Shown piece by piece: positions 26,695 through 37,715 of a stretch of 64,000 nucleotides of DNA. Source of the stretch: Saccostrea cucullata (Eukaryota); assembly GCF_032062105.1 (NCBI RefSeq), contig NW_026928881.1:62001-126000 (forward strand). The letters run 5' to 3'. A program made the translations under genes and the position numbers. The notes beneath the pieces were generated by a model. The model had not been told where the DNA came from. It searched no databases and was given only the letters and a program-made list of their open reading frames with translations. Position 1 is the stretch's first letter, and every line of letters starts with the position of its first letter.

Positions 26695-26860
26695 GTTCGA
26701 ATCTCACTGCGGGACGTGGAGACGGTTCTTCGAATGAGACCGTTAAAACCAAGGTCCCGTGTTGTAGTAGGTGTTGGTACAAAAGAGTTATGATTATTAT
26801 ATGCAGCTCTCCACCGTTACGTTATGGCGTCTGTGAGTGATTTCTCGAAGGGACATTCAA
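26695..26860 (+). mobile_element. tRNA-SINE fragment
   Basis: gttcgaatctcactgcgggacgtggagacggttcttcgaatgagaccg matches the family. Confidence 0.7.
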
Positions 26861-27539
26861 ATTGAAGCCAGTCTGACATAATCAAATTCAATCGACAAAA
26901 CACGAAAACATTTGTCCGTTATACTTTAAACAATATCTATTCAGTAAACTGAATAGATTGGGCAACAGGCTTAAGCCTATAGATACCCTCTCTATACAAC
27001 AGGTCAAGGTTACAATACAATGAACAGAGTATATATATTATAAACAATGCATATTTAGATATGAGTGCAGTCCGTTATGTCTGGCAACATATTTCTCAAA
27101 TATCTATTTTGTTTCTCTTTGTAATATTTAAAATAATTTATGATTTTGACATTATCTTGTATTTTAAAACTGTTTTAGACACGAAATAAGCCAATCTTGA
27201 CAATTCAAACGTTTTCAAATAGGATTATTGGCGGGTATATAGGAAACCCAACCCTATATGGCAAAGGTTGTCTTAAAAAGTTTTGTTCATTTCAGTGAAT
27301 GCCGTTGTCATCGTTACTAAAAATAGAAATATAAAAATAGAAATGTCTGTGGAAAAACTTTCCAAATGCTACATGTACTTATCTTTGGCAGATTTCAGTA
27401 TAATTTGGCACACAAATAGAACTAAGGAGACTAAATCAAGGATCATTATTTATTTCTGTTGCAAAGCTTTAGTTCAATTGCTCTTTTTCTCTTCTGTGAT
27501 TACTAAAAACCAGTGGAACTACAGTCTCGACAGATAACT

Positions 27540-27760
27540 CTGTTTTTAACGTCCCTTTCGAGAATTTCTCACTCATATTGAGACACCACGGCCTACTGGT
27601 AGAGATGCAAGTTTTAGACCTTAACTCGAAATTTAGGGCCATAGAACAGTAAGGGATCTTTTTCAAGCCAGCGCCTACTGCGACAGGGAACCTGATTCCG
27701 AAGGACCGGTCCTCAAGTCCCATAGTGGTATTCGAACTCGCGACATAAGGATGAACTTCA
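27540..27760 (-). mobile_element. tRNA-SINE copy
   Basis: ttaacgtccctttcgagaattt...ccgaaggaccggtc...attcgaactcgcgac. Confidence 0.8.
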
Positions 27761-29605
27761 TACTCCACTTGTAAGTTTGTAAAAGAGTATCTATGCAGAA
27801 ATTGTTGTTAAGTTTTGTTTAATGATGGCGTTTAAATATTAAATAACATTGTCTTTACATAATGGTTACCAAGAAGGGAAAAAGGTTCCATATTGTTAAA
27901 TTCATAGCAATATTACACCCTATGTCGTAGCTTCTATATTCTTAGAGATCGCGTGGCTGCCCAAGTTTCATTTTTTTTTAAATCAAGGTTTTATTCCCTA
28001 TTGTTATTTAATTTCTCATTTGCCGAAAACTTTCCGCAATACTTCTGCAGCAAAGCTGATTAATCTAGAGTATTGATAAAGGTCGTCTTTTGTGTTTATT
28101 CCTTTAGTCAAATGCAGTTAAACCTTGTTTTGAATGGCTTATTATGTCATCTAGCTTCTTAACTGATATAATTGTACAAGTATTGCTTGCCAATAATTTG
28201 AGCTTATCGCCGTTTCGCAAAAACCTTGAAATGGCAAGGCCATAAAACACATTAATACATATTATGCATTTAAGATTGTCACGACCATTTAAGTAGAAAT
28301 ATATTTCTTGTATACACTGCGAGAAAAGTAACATAATGGTGATGATGAAAATTAATTTTGTGTGTCACTTATGCATGCTCGATGTCTTTAATATAAATTT
28401 GTATACTATCTCATATCTTACAGCAACATTGTCTATGGCTTACTTGGGATGAAACAAATTTCAATGTTGCCCTCAACTTTATACAATTATTTCCTAAATA
28501 AAACCGAATGATTTATACAAATTCATAAAACAGTGAATCGTGAGCGCATTATTTCTGCACAGTCAACAGTTTGTGGAATATTGCACTTCTTCAACCAATA
28601 TAATGACCGTTGCTAATCGAGAGGGTGTGGTTCATCAATTATTTTTTATAAATAAATGTAACGCTACGAATGACATTCAAATAGTTTTCTTAAAAGTATA
28701 TTAGTACAGTATGTTTTCAATGCAGACAAATTATTTTAATCAACACATGCAAACATTGAATGAAAGGACAGTTGATTCTAAGAGAAAAATAATCAGCCAT
28801 GGAATTGACCTATCGATTCCGAGAAACACCCTTCTGATACGTCAAATTTTACTTCGATTATTTATTTCTTATCACTGGTAATTATTCTACATATTAATAA
28901 CTTGAATGATTTCAATATCAGAATTACGTAGCAAGAGAACTTCAAAAGAATGAGAAAGTTGACATTCTAAAACCATTAATGATAAAATGCAAAAGCGAAT
29001 TGACATTTCTTTAGTAATCTAAAGGCATTAATGATAAATATGATGTTATTATTGAATATTGATGAACCTTTTCTGTGGGCAGTAATTGTTTGCGATATCC
29101 CTATAGTTTATACAATTTTATGCAAGTTTGTTAAAACGATTTTATGTTTTAAGCATGGTTGGTCATCGAATTTAGGAGTGGTTTCTCTCTGCTTTGGATG
29201 AATAACAAATCTTTTTACAAAAATAAGGATATCAACTCGGAATTATTCTTTGAAAACCAATAAGAAACGTCAAACATACTTAAGTACAAATTAAATCAAA
29301 CGTTTTTTTTTTAATAAAAAAAAAACGCGAAATATTAACTTTAACATTTTAAAATGTAATTATAATACGGAGTCAGTCTTCATCAAAACTATATACATCT
29401 AGAAGAAAAAAAAACATATAAAGTTATCATTTAAAATATAATCCCAAATATCAGAAAATATGCAACATATGTATAAAGTAAATGAATCGATTTTTTTTTT
29501 AACTAAAAAAAAAAACAAAAACAAACACACACACACTCACCCTCACACACACCCTCATTCTCTCATAATCAGAATCAAGAACATATAAACAGAAAAATGT
29601 TGTGT

Positions 29606-32600
29606 TTATTCTGTCAGCCTGGTGTAATCTAGCTCAGAGTCCCTTTTCTTTTTTTGTTGATTTTTGAAACAGCACACGGCTACAAGAATGCCAGTAACAC
29701 AGAGACAGACAAGCCCAACACTGATCCCAATCTTCAAATACAACACTGTAATTAAAAAAAAAATCAATTGGGTTAATGATATGATAGTTGATGTCACTGT
29801 GAAAGTATTCTGGATATCTGGAGAAGACGGTAGAAAAGCAGAAGGAAAATAGCTCGTGTTTGGCAGGAGAGATACGTGGATAAGAACGAGAAGGCAGGTA
29901 TACAGAAGGGTTTGGAAAGAGGAAGAACATATCCGGACAGATATATGTAGTTGTGGTTCTGCAGAAGAATGCACGTGATGGGACAAATACATGTAGCTAA
30001 GTTCCGATAAATGTTCAATGGTTGGTGCCAAGACTTTCATGTCTCACATGACACATGTATTTCGTGTAAACCGTTTTTTAGGTTCAGTATGTCCTAATGA
30101 CTTTGACCTTGGGGTTTGACCTGCATTTTTAAAAACTTGAACCTTGTCTATAGCTCCTGGGCTTTCATATTTATTTATGCATTCCTTGTGACAAGACCTT
30201 TACATTGGTACTATTTTTTCCTTATGTATATGATCCTAGACCTCCCTGAATGGCAGGCACTAGGGTTATTTTTGTTCATATGTGTATTCCTTGTGACTAA
30301 TCCTTTCATGTACTCTGTATCCTGTAACATATGTCGGTGCTCTGTTTGACATAAATGAAAACGCAAAGTTGGAATTTAATGGTCATTTATATATATAATA
30401 AATGACAAAGCAACCAAAATATGTCAAAACATAGTATTATTGACATTACCAAACACAATTAAACATATTATGTAATAGAAACAACTGCATATAACTAAAA
30501 AAAAACCATACTAAAATCGTAAGTTCACAATTTTTAACCTTTGAATTCACCTACATTTAGATAAACTTGCTCTTTGGTTTTTTGTATAATTATGTGTTTA
30601 ACAAGCACATCTTGTTCTTTAATTGTTGGGAACACAATAAGTAAAATTTAGTAATAAATTGAGAAAGCAGCATAAAATGCGGAGAAACATGTATATAACA
30701 AGCGTGTGCTCGTTATGTGTGCAGTAAATATATACACTTTTTTCAATGCTCTCTGTTCGATAATCCTTTTATTTCCAGACCAATGAGCTACATATCTACA
30801 GCTACGTCAAAACATATTTGGTTTGGAGATGTGAATTTGATCAAACGAAGGGAAGTCCTTTATATTTTTTAAAATATGTAAATGGTGTAAATTCAATGAA
30901 AATATCCTCTAAAATCATGGTGTCCGAAAAATAAGTACTAGTATATGAGAAGTTCCTTTATACATCTTTAGTGTATTCAAATTTATCTGAATGACGGCCC
31001 CTAGGGCCAGAAAAGGGGCACACAAGGATGCCAAAATTTCAACATTTGAATAGGCATTTTTATCAGAAAAACAACGCTACATTTAAAATTACTGCAGATT
31101 ACGAAAGTAGCTGTTAAATAAGACCGTTGACTTTTTTTTCATGAAGGAGAGAGGGTCAATACAGGTTAGATTTTATTTTGTAATTATTACGATCTTTATT
31201 ACATACGCCAGAGAAGACCTGATCCATTACGTACTGCTGTACTATTGTAATCTTTATAAATTCATTACATGCAAAATTTTAATTGTTTCATTGCAAGGCT
31301 CCTACTTTGGTAACAGGTTTAAAGGCATTTGACAGTTAATGAATGTGTCAAAGTGCTGTGTCTGTTCATGTAAATTTATACTTAATTTCTAATAAACATT
31401 TATTTTTCAATTGCTTATGCAGATTTAATTGAAAGTTCTCTTGTTAAACTAGTTATTTGGCAAGTTCTGTCATAAGTAAGGCACTTGGTTGCATTTTTTT
31501 TGTGATTAGTTATCTTGTACACGCAATTAAACGGTAGATATTATCATATTTAATAGTTTTCATAAAGTTTAAGAAATGAATGGGGATTTCGGTTGTTACA
31601 AAAGACGGCCAGTCAGTTAAATTAGAACTCTTCACTGATTCTTTAATTGCCTGTCAAGACTGCGGTGATAAACTTTTCTGACAGATTTAAAAAGATATAA
31701 AAACTGCATACATTTTACTTCACGTATCCACCTTGAGCACAAACTGATAAATCATCCTAAGTGAATGTTTGAAAGACTTTGAATACTTACCTCTCAAAGA
31801 AAATTTCTTTGAAGAAGTTAATTGTAAACTTGAACTGCAACAGCAGATTGGATAATCAAAACATGCAACGTTTTACTTCTTAATTTTGAATTAGTGAAAG
31901 AAAATATTACCTATTCTAAATGTTACTTATATTTGACAAAAAATACATGGTACTTTGAAATTATCTTGTTTTGTTCAATTGATATTGGGTATATCTAAAA
32001 AAATATTAATATTGAGGATGGTATCTATGTAAGTCAATGAATCTTGAGGATGGTGTTTTACTAAAGAAGACATGGATAAGAGTTAAGCAGGAATTATTGA
32101 AGCTGACTAGAGAAATACTAGAGAGATTGAGGGAGATGTTGATAATTCTGATAATATTAAGAAGGATATGGGTAAGTCTGTAACGTGTGTAAATCTTGGA
32201 ATATTGAAGAATAGGTTGGTAATGTTAGGAACATAAAGAGGATGTGGATTATTCTGAAAATACGTACATGTATATGAAGGATGGCGGGGTAATAAAAGAA
32301 ATTTCAAGGATCCTGCATGATGTACGTAATTCTGGGAATAGAGAGATGGTTTGCGTTGTTTTTGGAATATTTAAGATGACCCGAAACTTGAGTAATTATA
32401 GAAATGATGAAGTAAACAGGGTAATGAATAATAAAATCGTAAGTATTACCAACATGTATTCAAGGATAAAATTAAAACAGTTGCTCTTACATGTGTTTTT
32501 CTTTTGTGCTGTTACCAGAATTTTGAATGAGGATGTGTTGAAAGAGTTTAGATTCGCTCCCATGAGGTCGATATTGGCAATCTGATTGTTTTCTGCGCAC

Positions 32601-33954
32601 CAAACTCTAGGCTTGTGGGTACACGAATAGTTCTGCAAAGCAACAATCATTTTACTGATATAATGCATGTAAATGTCTAAACTAAACATGTATTAACATA
32701 AAAATTATTTTTACTGCTTCAACTATGAAATCTTTATTATTTCTGAGAAAGTTAATATTTTATGCTGTTAATCGTTCCACCTTTCGAATTTATGATATTT
32801 TTTATCTAATTAAAAAATTTGCAATAACTCCTTCTAAGGTCTCTTCATTCAAGCATTTGCTTTATTGACTTCTAAGTTAATATTTTACTGTTGGTAGTTT
32901 AACGTAATGATAATAAGTTCAATTTTCATATTAAAAAAACACATACACTTCTGTTTACTTATGGCATCTTAAATAATATAAACTATACATTTTTTGCAAT
33001 ATGGAAAATTGCCAGTATATTAAATTTATGAACCATTAAAATTGTGAGGGTGGAAACACCTTAATGTTTGAAATAAAACATGACTATAGATTGGAAATGA
33101 TTGCACATGTATAAGTTTACAACCATTGGTTTGCTCACCATCTGTTGTGTTAATCCAGGTTTTACCTAGTACCTTTGTTTGATCTCTTTTATTACATGGA
33201 TATATACTCGACCGAACTTAAGCTTTTGCAAAACACTTTAGTAATCATTAAATAACTATAAAGCATTATAATTAAAACGAATAAATATACTTAAAAATAT
33301 GGTACTAGTAGCTCTAGGATGACATTGGCAATTAAAAAGTATGAAAAATCAATAAATGATTGCATTTTCGGCAACGCAACAGGTTCTCTGACGCAGAAAA
33401 GAGAAAGGGGGAGGGGGTTAAAAAAAATTTACAAACCGAGGCTTTCATTCCATTCTCTTCAGAAAACTGTAATACTACTTTGCAGTCCTTGACTTGGAAG
33501 GATATCGTGTCGTAACAGACGGACCTCGTGTATATGGTGTCTGCTATCGGCCCGGAGAACCCCAGTTTACAGGACGGCGAGGGCATCTGTTCTCCATGCC
33601 ACGTGACCATGTATGAGAGTTCTGAGCTCACATCCTTGACCTTGTATTGACCACAGTTTTTCAGGAAATGTAGTCCTTAAAATAAGGGAAAAGAAAGGTT
33701 ATCAATCTGCATACATACAAAACATACATGTGTACATGTTTGAACAATAAATATTTAATTACAATTAGATCTATTGTGTAATATCACAACTGATACGAAG
33801 ACGTTTACGATGATATTTTTAAGAAGCCAAGTAAAACATGGATGTCTTGCACGTTCTCATTACCTCTAGTTTCACTTTTAGTTGAGGGAAACAATGAAAA
33901 AAGGATGAAAGCAACGTTGATAAGAAAAACATGACGAATTCTTTCCAGGATCAT
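29606..33954 (-). CDS. Type I membrane protein with 6-Cys (CUB-like?) ectodomain, ~203 aa (exons 33954-33864, 33675-33437, 32632-32491, 29745-29606)
   Basis: Exon lengths 91+239+142+140 = 612 nt with consistent phases 1/0/1 and GT-AG introns. Signal-like N-terminus, TM IGISVGLVCLCVTGILVAVCC, basic stop-transfer KKKR, tail LDYTRLTE. Confidence 0.8.
30100..30615 (+). mobile_element. Decayed HINE relic in intron
   Basis: tttgaccttggggtttgac, ttccttgtgacaagaccttt and terminal cacatcttgtt, as in 22998-23575. Confidence 0.5.
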
Positions 33955-34734
33955 TCCAAAGTGTTTAAACACAAACTGTTCAGAAAATTTCAAGATTTTT
34001 CCAGTTTTCTGATGAAAGTAATTTTTTGGCGTGTAGGTAAATGACGAATTCAACCACTGAACGTAGCATGTGTCCTATATGTTTCCGACATAGTCATAAT
34101 ACCAGGTATACAGGACTACATTTGTATTGGATTGTAGGTCCTTACATCATGGATGAAAAACTATAGAATGTGTTCATAGTCTTATCGAGAAACCATCTGT
34201 TGCTTAGCCGATATCTTTCTGGAGGTATGGATCAATCTTAGTTGTTTACCAACAGTATAAATTCTAAAGGGAAATTCAATACGAATATCGAGTTTCACCA
34301 ATATATGAAAAGTAAACCATTGATTGATCGAATTAATTATAGAATAAGGACAGTGAACGTAACATATGCACATCAAGTTTCTAATTAAGTAAAAGAGGTT
34401 ATCAATATGCATTTTTGTTTTCAAAAGCTTGGCAGACAAATGTGTGTATATTATATAAGCACAACACATTGAACACTGCTTGTTCATTAAATTTCGCATA
34501 TCTGTCGCATGACGCATTGTCTACAAGACCGCGAATGAAATAAAAATAGTTATAGAAAGTACTAAAAAGATGATCAACGATGTTTTATATTAAAAATAAT
34601 TTTATACAACTTATTTCCAGGCATTTGACGAGGGGACATATTTTAGCATGAGTTAAGTAAAAATCCTTTAAAAACCTGAATGGCTGTTCATGTTTTTATC
34701 AAGTAAAAATTTTGTGCTGAGTATGGGTATTAAT

Positions 34735-34822
34735 TTGCAGCCCTCTACCTGCAAGTGGCGGCGTCTCCATATGAATGAAAAATTCTCAAGAGGGACGTTA
34801 AACGACAAGCTAAAACAAACAA
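34735..34822 (+). mobile_element. tRNA-SINE 3' tail fragment
   Basis: gtggcggcgtctccatatgaatgaaaaattctcaagagggacgttaaac. Confidence 0.75.
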
Positions 34823-35171
34823 AATGACGTTAAAAGACGATAAAAACGATAAGAAAATCCTAGAATGGATTATCAGTGAAAGTCAAAAATTTAAGTAACA
34901 TAATGGAAAGGGATGTGCGTTTTACTGCGGTGGAACCTCGTCAAAATGATCTCTGTCAAACGTGTTCAATATACAATGAACTGAATGAGCAAGCCCGTAA
35001 AATATTTTATAAAGTTTGTCAGGGGTCCCGCAACCACATGGTGGATTCTGGACACTGTGAGGATGTTGCACAACTTGTGAAATAACCGTCTTAATAACCT
35101 ACTCTAATAATTTATATCAAACTACATGCAAGTACATGTATCAAGAAGTATAGAACCTTCTTTTAGAAGAA

Positions 35172-36130
35172 ATGTAAGATATGGAGATAACGAGCAGTAC
35201 TCAATATCAAAGTCCATAAAACAATACAAAATAGGAGCAGAGCAAACACGGACCTCTAAAACATCAGAGGTGGGATCAGGTGCCATGGAGGAGTGAGCAT
35301 CCCCTGCTGACCGGTCCCACCCGCCGTGTGCTTCTTGTCATGATCGGGAAATAACGGAAAATTCCGTCGTCAATTCAGTGTATAAATAATGGACTACAGT
35401 GTAACAAATAGTATGAAAAACGTCAGTCAGCATTTTACTCAATGATAAATTGTGTTTGTTGACTAGGTCATTGTATCGACCAAAGAACTTAATAAATGAT
35501 GACTTTAAACGAGACTGTTGATATTCTTGTTTCATCAACTTGTTTGTCTATAATTTACCTCGTTTTAGAAATTGTTCATACGTAGAGCATGCTCTTGCGT
35601 ATCGAATTAACTGAGATATATAAACTCCGTATGCAGGTGATGCTGCATAAGTAAGGGAGGTTGACGATAGAAAAGTTATACTCATCACGTTTATGATAGA
35701 GCTTGATTGTTAGATTACCATTAACGTCCTTTTCAAGTAAAATATCCAAGTACTAGTATATAAAACAGATGTGTCAGACTCTGCGGTATCTTTTATCTCA
35801 AGCTCACCAGGATATATCGTATTGACATAGGAATGGAAATTGCCATTGTTAATTGAAGATACATCGTCGATATATCTAAATATTGAGTTGAAAGCCACAA
35901 CAAGTGTTTTCTTCTTTTCACGCATAAGATTTTGCACAAATTCTGCTTCATATGAATACAAACACAGGTCTGCTAGTAACGGAGCGCAATTGGTACCCAT
36001 GGGAATTCCAACAGATTGTTGGAAGAACCACATAGATATCGTCATTCAGAAACTCAAGCATCTTTTTGATGTCAACTTCAGAGTACTTGAGTGTGCAATC
36101 ACAGTGTGTTTTAACAAAATAATTTTGCAA
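35172..36130 (-). mobile_element. 5'-truncated Penelope-like retroelement (RT C-half and 3' region)
   Basis: GIPMGTNCAPLLADL, FRYIDDV and PAYGVYISQLIRYARACS motifs across frameshifted ORFs; no GIY-YIG domain after the RT thumb. Confidence 0.85.
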
Positions 36131-36632
36131 ATGAAAGAAAGAAAATGACGAAGGCGCTAAAGACTGTGAAATGAAAAGGCTGAGATTGGTCATTCATCAC
36201 AATTTTTACGACGAGCAAGCTACAAATAAAAGTGAAACTGCACACATCGACGAGTTTAAATGCATGTTTTTACAACTGATAATGTGTTGACTTTGAATGT
36301 CTAAAAAATTGAATTGACAAAGAACGACATTTCCTGCACATTTTAATGTTCCTTTTTTACTTTAATAATTTAATGAGTTCAAACTCAATTTTTCTCATAT
36401 CCAATTGATAAATAACCTACATATGAGTGCTTTCAGGTAGTTTTATTGATTTATTTATATACATATTTTGAATTATTTACAAAGTTTTGTCACATGCTTT
36501 GATAATCATATATTCCGAATCTCTATCTTGCTTTCACATTCCTCCAGTATTTGGCCCTTAGGCACAGGTATAGGAATTCTTATCAAAATTCTTTGTTATA
36601 TTAATACACATGATAAATAAATGACGCGGCCT

Positions 36633-37715
36633 TCAACCAACTCCACCCCCATCTTTTTGTTCGGAAGCTTTGTTTTTGCCGAGATTTGAGAGGAATTTAT
36701 TTGCGCTTCTCTTGACTGCAATGGCGGGAACGATCGACTGATCTCGGGCAATTCGTATGCTTGCTTTCTGCTTAGTCGCCATCTTCATCATAGAATGTAA
36801 ATTATCTTTTGTTTTATTTTGACAAAATTTATCAAAAGCCCGCTCCAGCTCACTCTTGTCAAGGGAAAGTTTTGTGCTCTTTTTTGCTACAAGCGGTTGT
36901 TGCTTTTTCCCATTGTTCTTATTGAAAGGATTGTACGCAAATCGCTGCTTAGCTCGAAAATTTAAAGTATATCCTGTGGGACGTTTGTTGAAATTGTCTT
37001 GTTCGTTTACAAATGTTTTCACTTTTTGCTGAAGTCTTGCATAGTTAATCTTTTCGAACAAAATTTCGCTGTTTCGTTCTTCTTCGTCTGTATCTTCAAA
37101 TCTGACGGATTTTCCTTGCATCTGAGTTGTTCCTGTTGTCAGGTACCTCGGAGATTCAATTCTACTGGTTGGATGAATCCCCGTGAAATATGGCAACGTG
37201 ACAGATGACTTAACGCTATTTCTTGAGGAAGACACAGTATGGAATGGTTCGGATACGGAACCCTTCCTTCCACCTATTTGTTCACTGTTAAGATTATTGC
37301 CCTTCATGTCCATGTTTTGAACTTCAGTCAAAAAGAATTCCGATTGCTTTTGCATCACGTCACCTAATATAGGTGGCGCTGATTTCCCGCGTTTAGTATT
37401 AATGTCGGGAATTGTATGGCACCGAGTATCTGTGGGATCGCTCTTAGCAGACGACAAACGTTTGAAAGCTATCTCCGATTTTCTCTGAAGAATTGCGTTT
37501 TTCTTTCTTTCCATCATTCTTTTCTCTATGTTTATGTTTTTAACCATGGTGTCCCTTTCTTTATCGTAAATCTGTTTAACTGTGCTGCACCTTGTTGACA
37601 AAGCTTTGTGTTTACTTGCAAGCAGTTGCGCATGGAGAGGTGCAAGCATCATCTCGACATTGATCGTGTGGTCCTGCCATGTCAGGTCGTGAGTCTTGAG
37701 CATCAACAGCGCCAT
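36633..37715 (-). CDS. Uncharacterised 360-aa protein, paralog 1 (N-terminal coiled coil, disordered middle, RVxF-like KSVRF)
   Basis: Long ORF in AT-rich DNA with a splice acceptor 7 nt before the ATG; homologous to 52476-53597 (KTxDLTWQD, SAPP, VRF, FNKR, AFDxFC). Confidence 0.88.
   Translation of the reverse strand: MALLMLKTHDLTWQDHTINVEMMLAPLHAQLLASKHKALSTRCSTVKQIYDKERDTMVKNINIEKRMMERKKNAILQRKSEIAFKRLSSAKSDPTDTRCHTIPDINTKRGKSAPPILGDVMQKQSEFFLTEVQNMDMKGNNLNSEQIGGRKGSVSEPFHTVSSSRNSVKSSVTLPYFTGIHPTSRIESPRYLTTGTTQMQGKSVRFEDTDEEERNSEILFEKINYARLQQKVKTFVNEQDNFNKRPTGYTLNFRAKQRFAYNPFNKNNGKKQQPLVAKKSTKLSLDKSELERAFDKFCQNKTKDNLHSMMKMATKQKASIRIARDQSIVPAIAVKRSANKFLSNLGKNKASEQKDGGGVG

Noticed and set aside
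32010-32450. Purine-skewed intronic tract (also 29770-30040) as a mucin-like exon
   Set aside because: Stops interrupt the frames and I found no phase-compatible splice sites.
35245-35275. Hammerhead ribozyme in the Penelope 3' region
   Set aside because: The minus strand reads CTGATGT rather than CTGANGA, and there is no properly placed GAAA.
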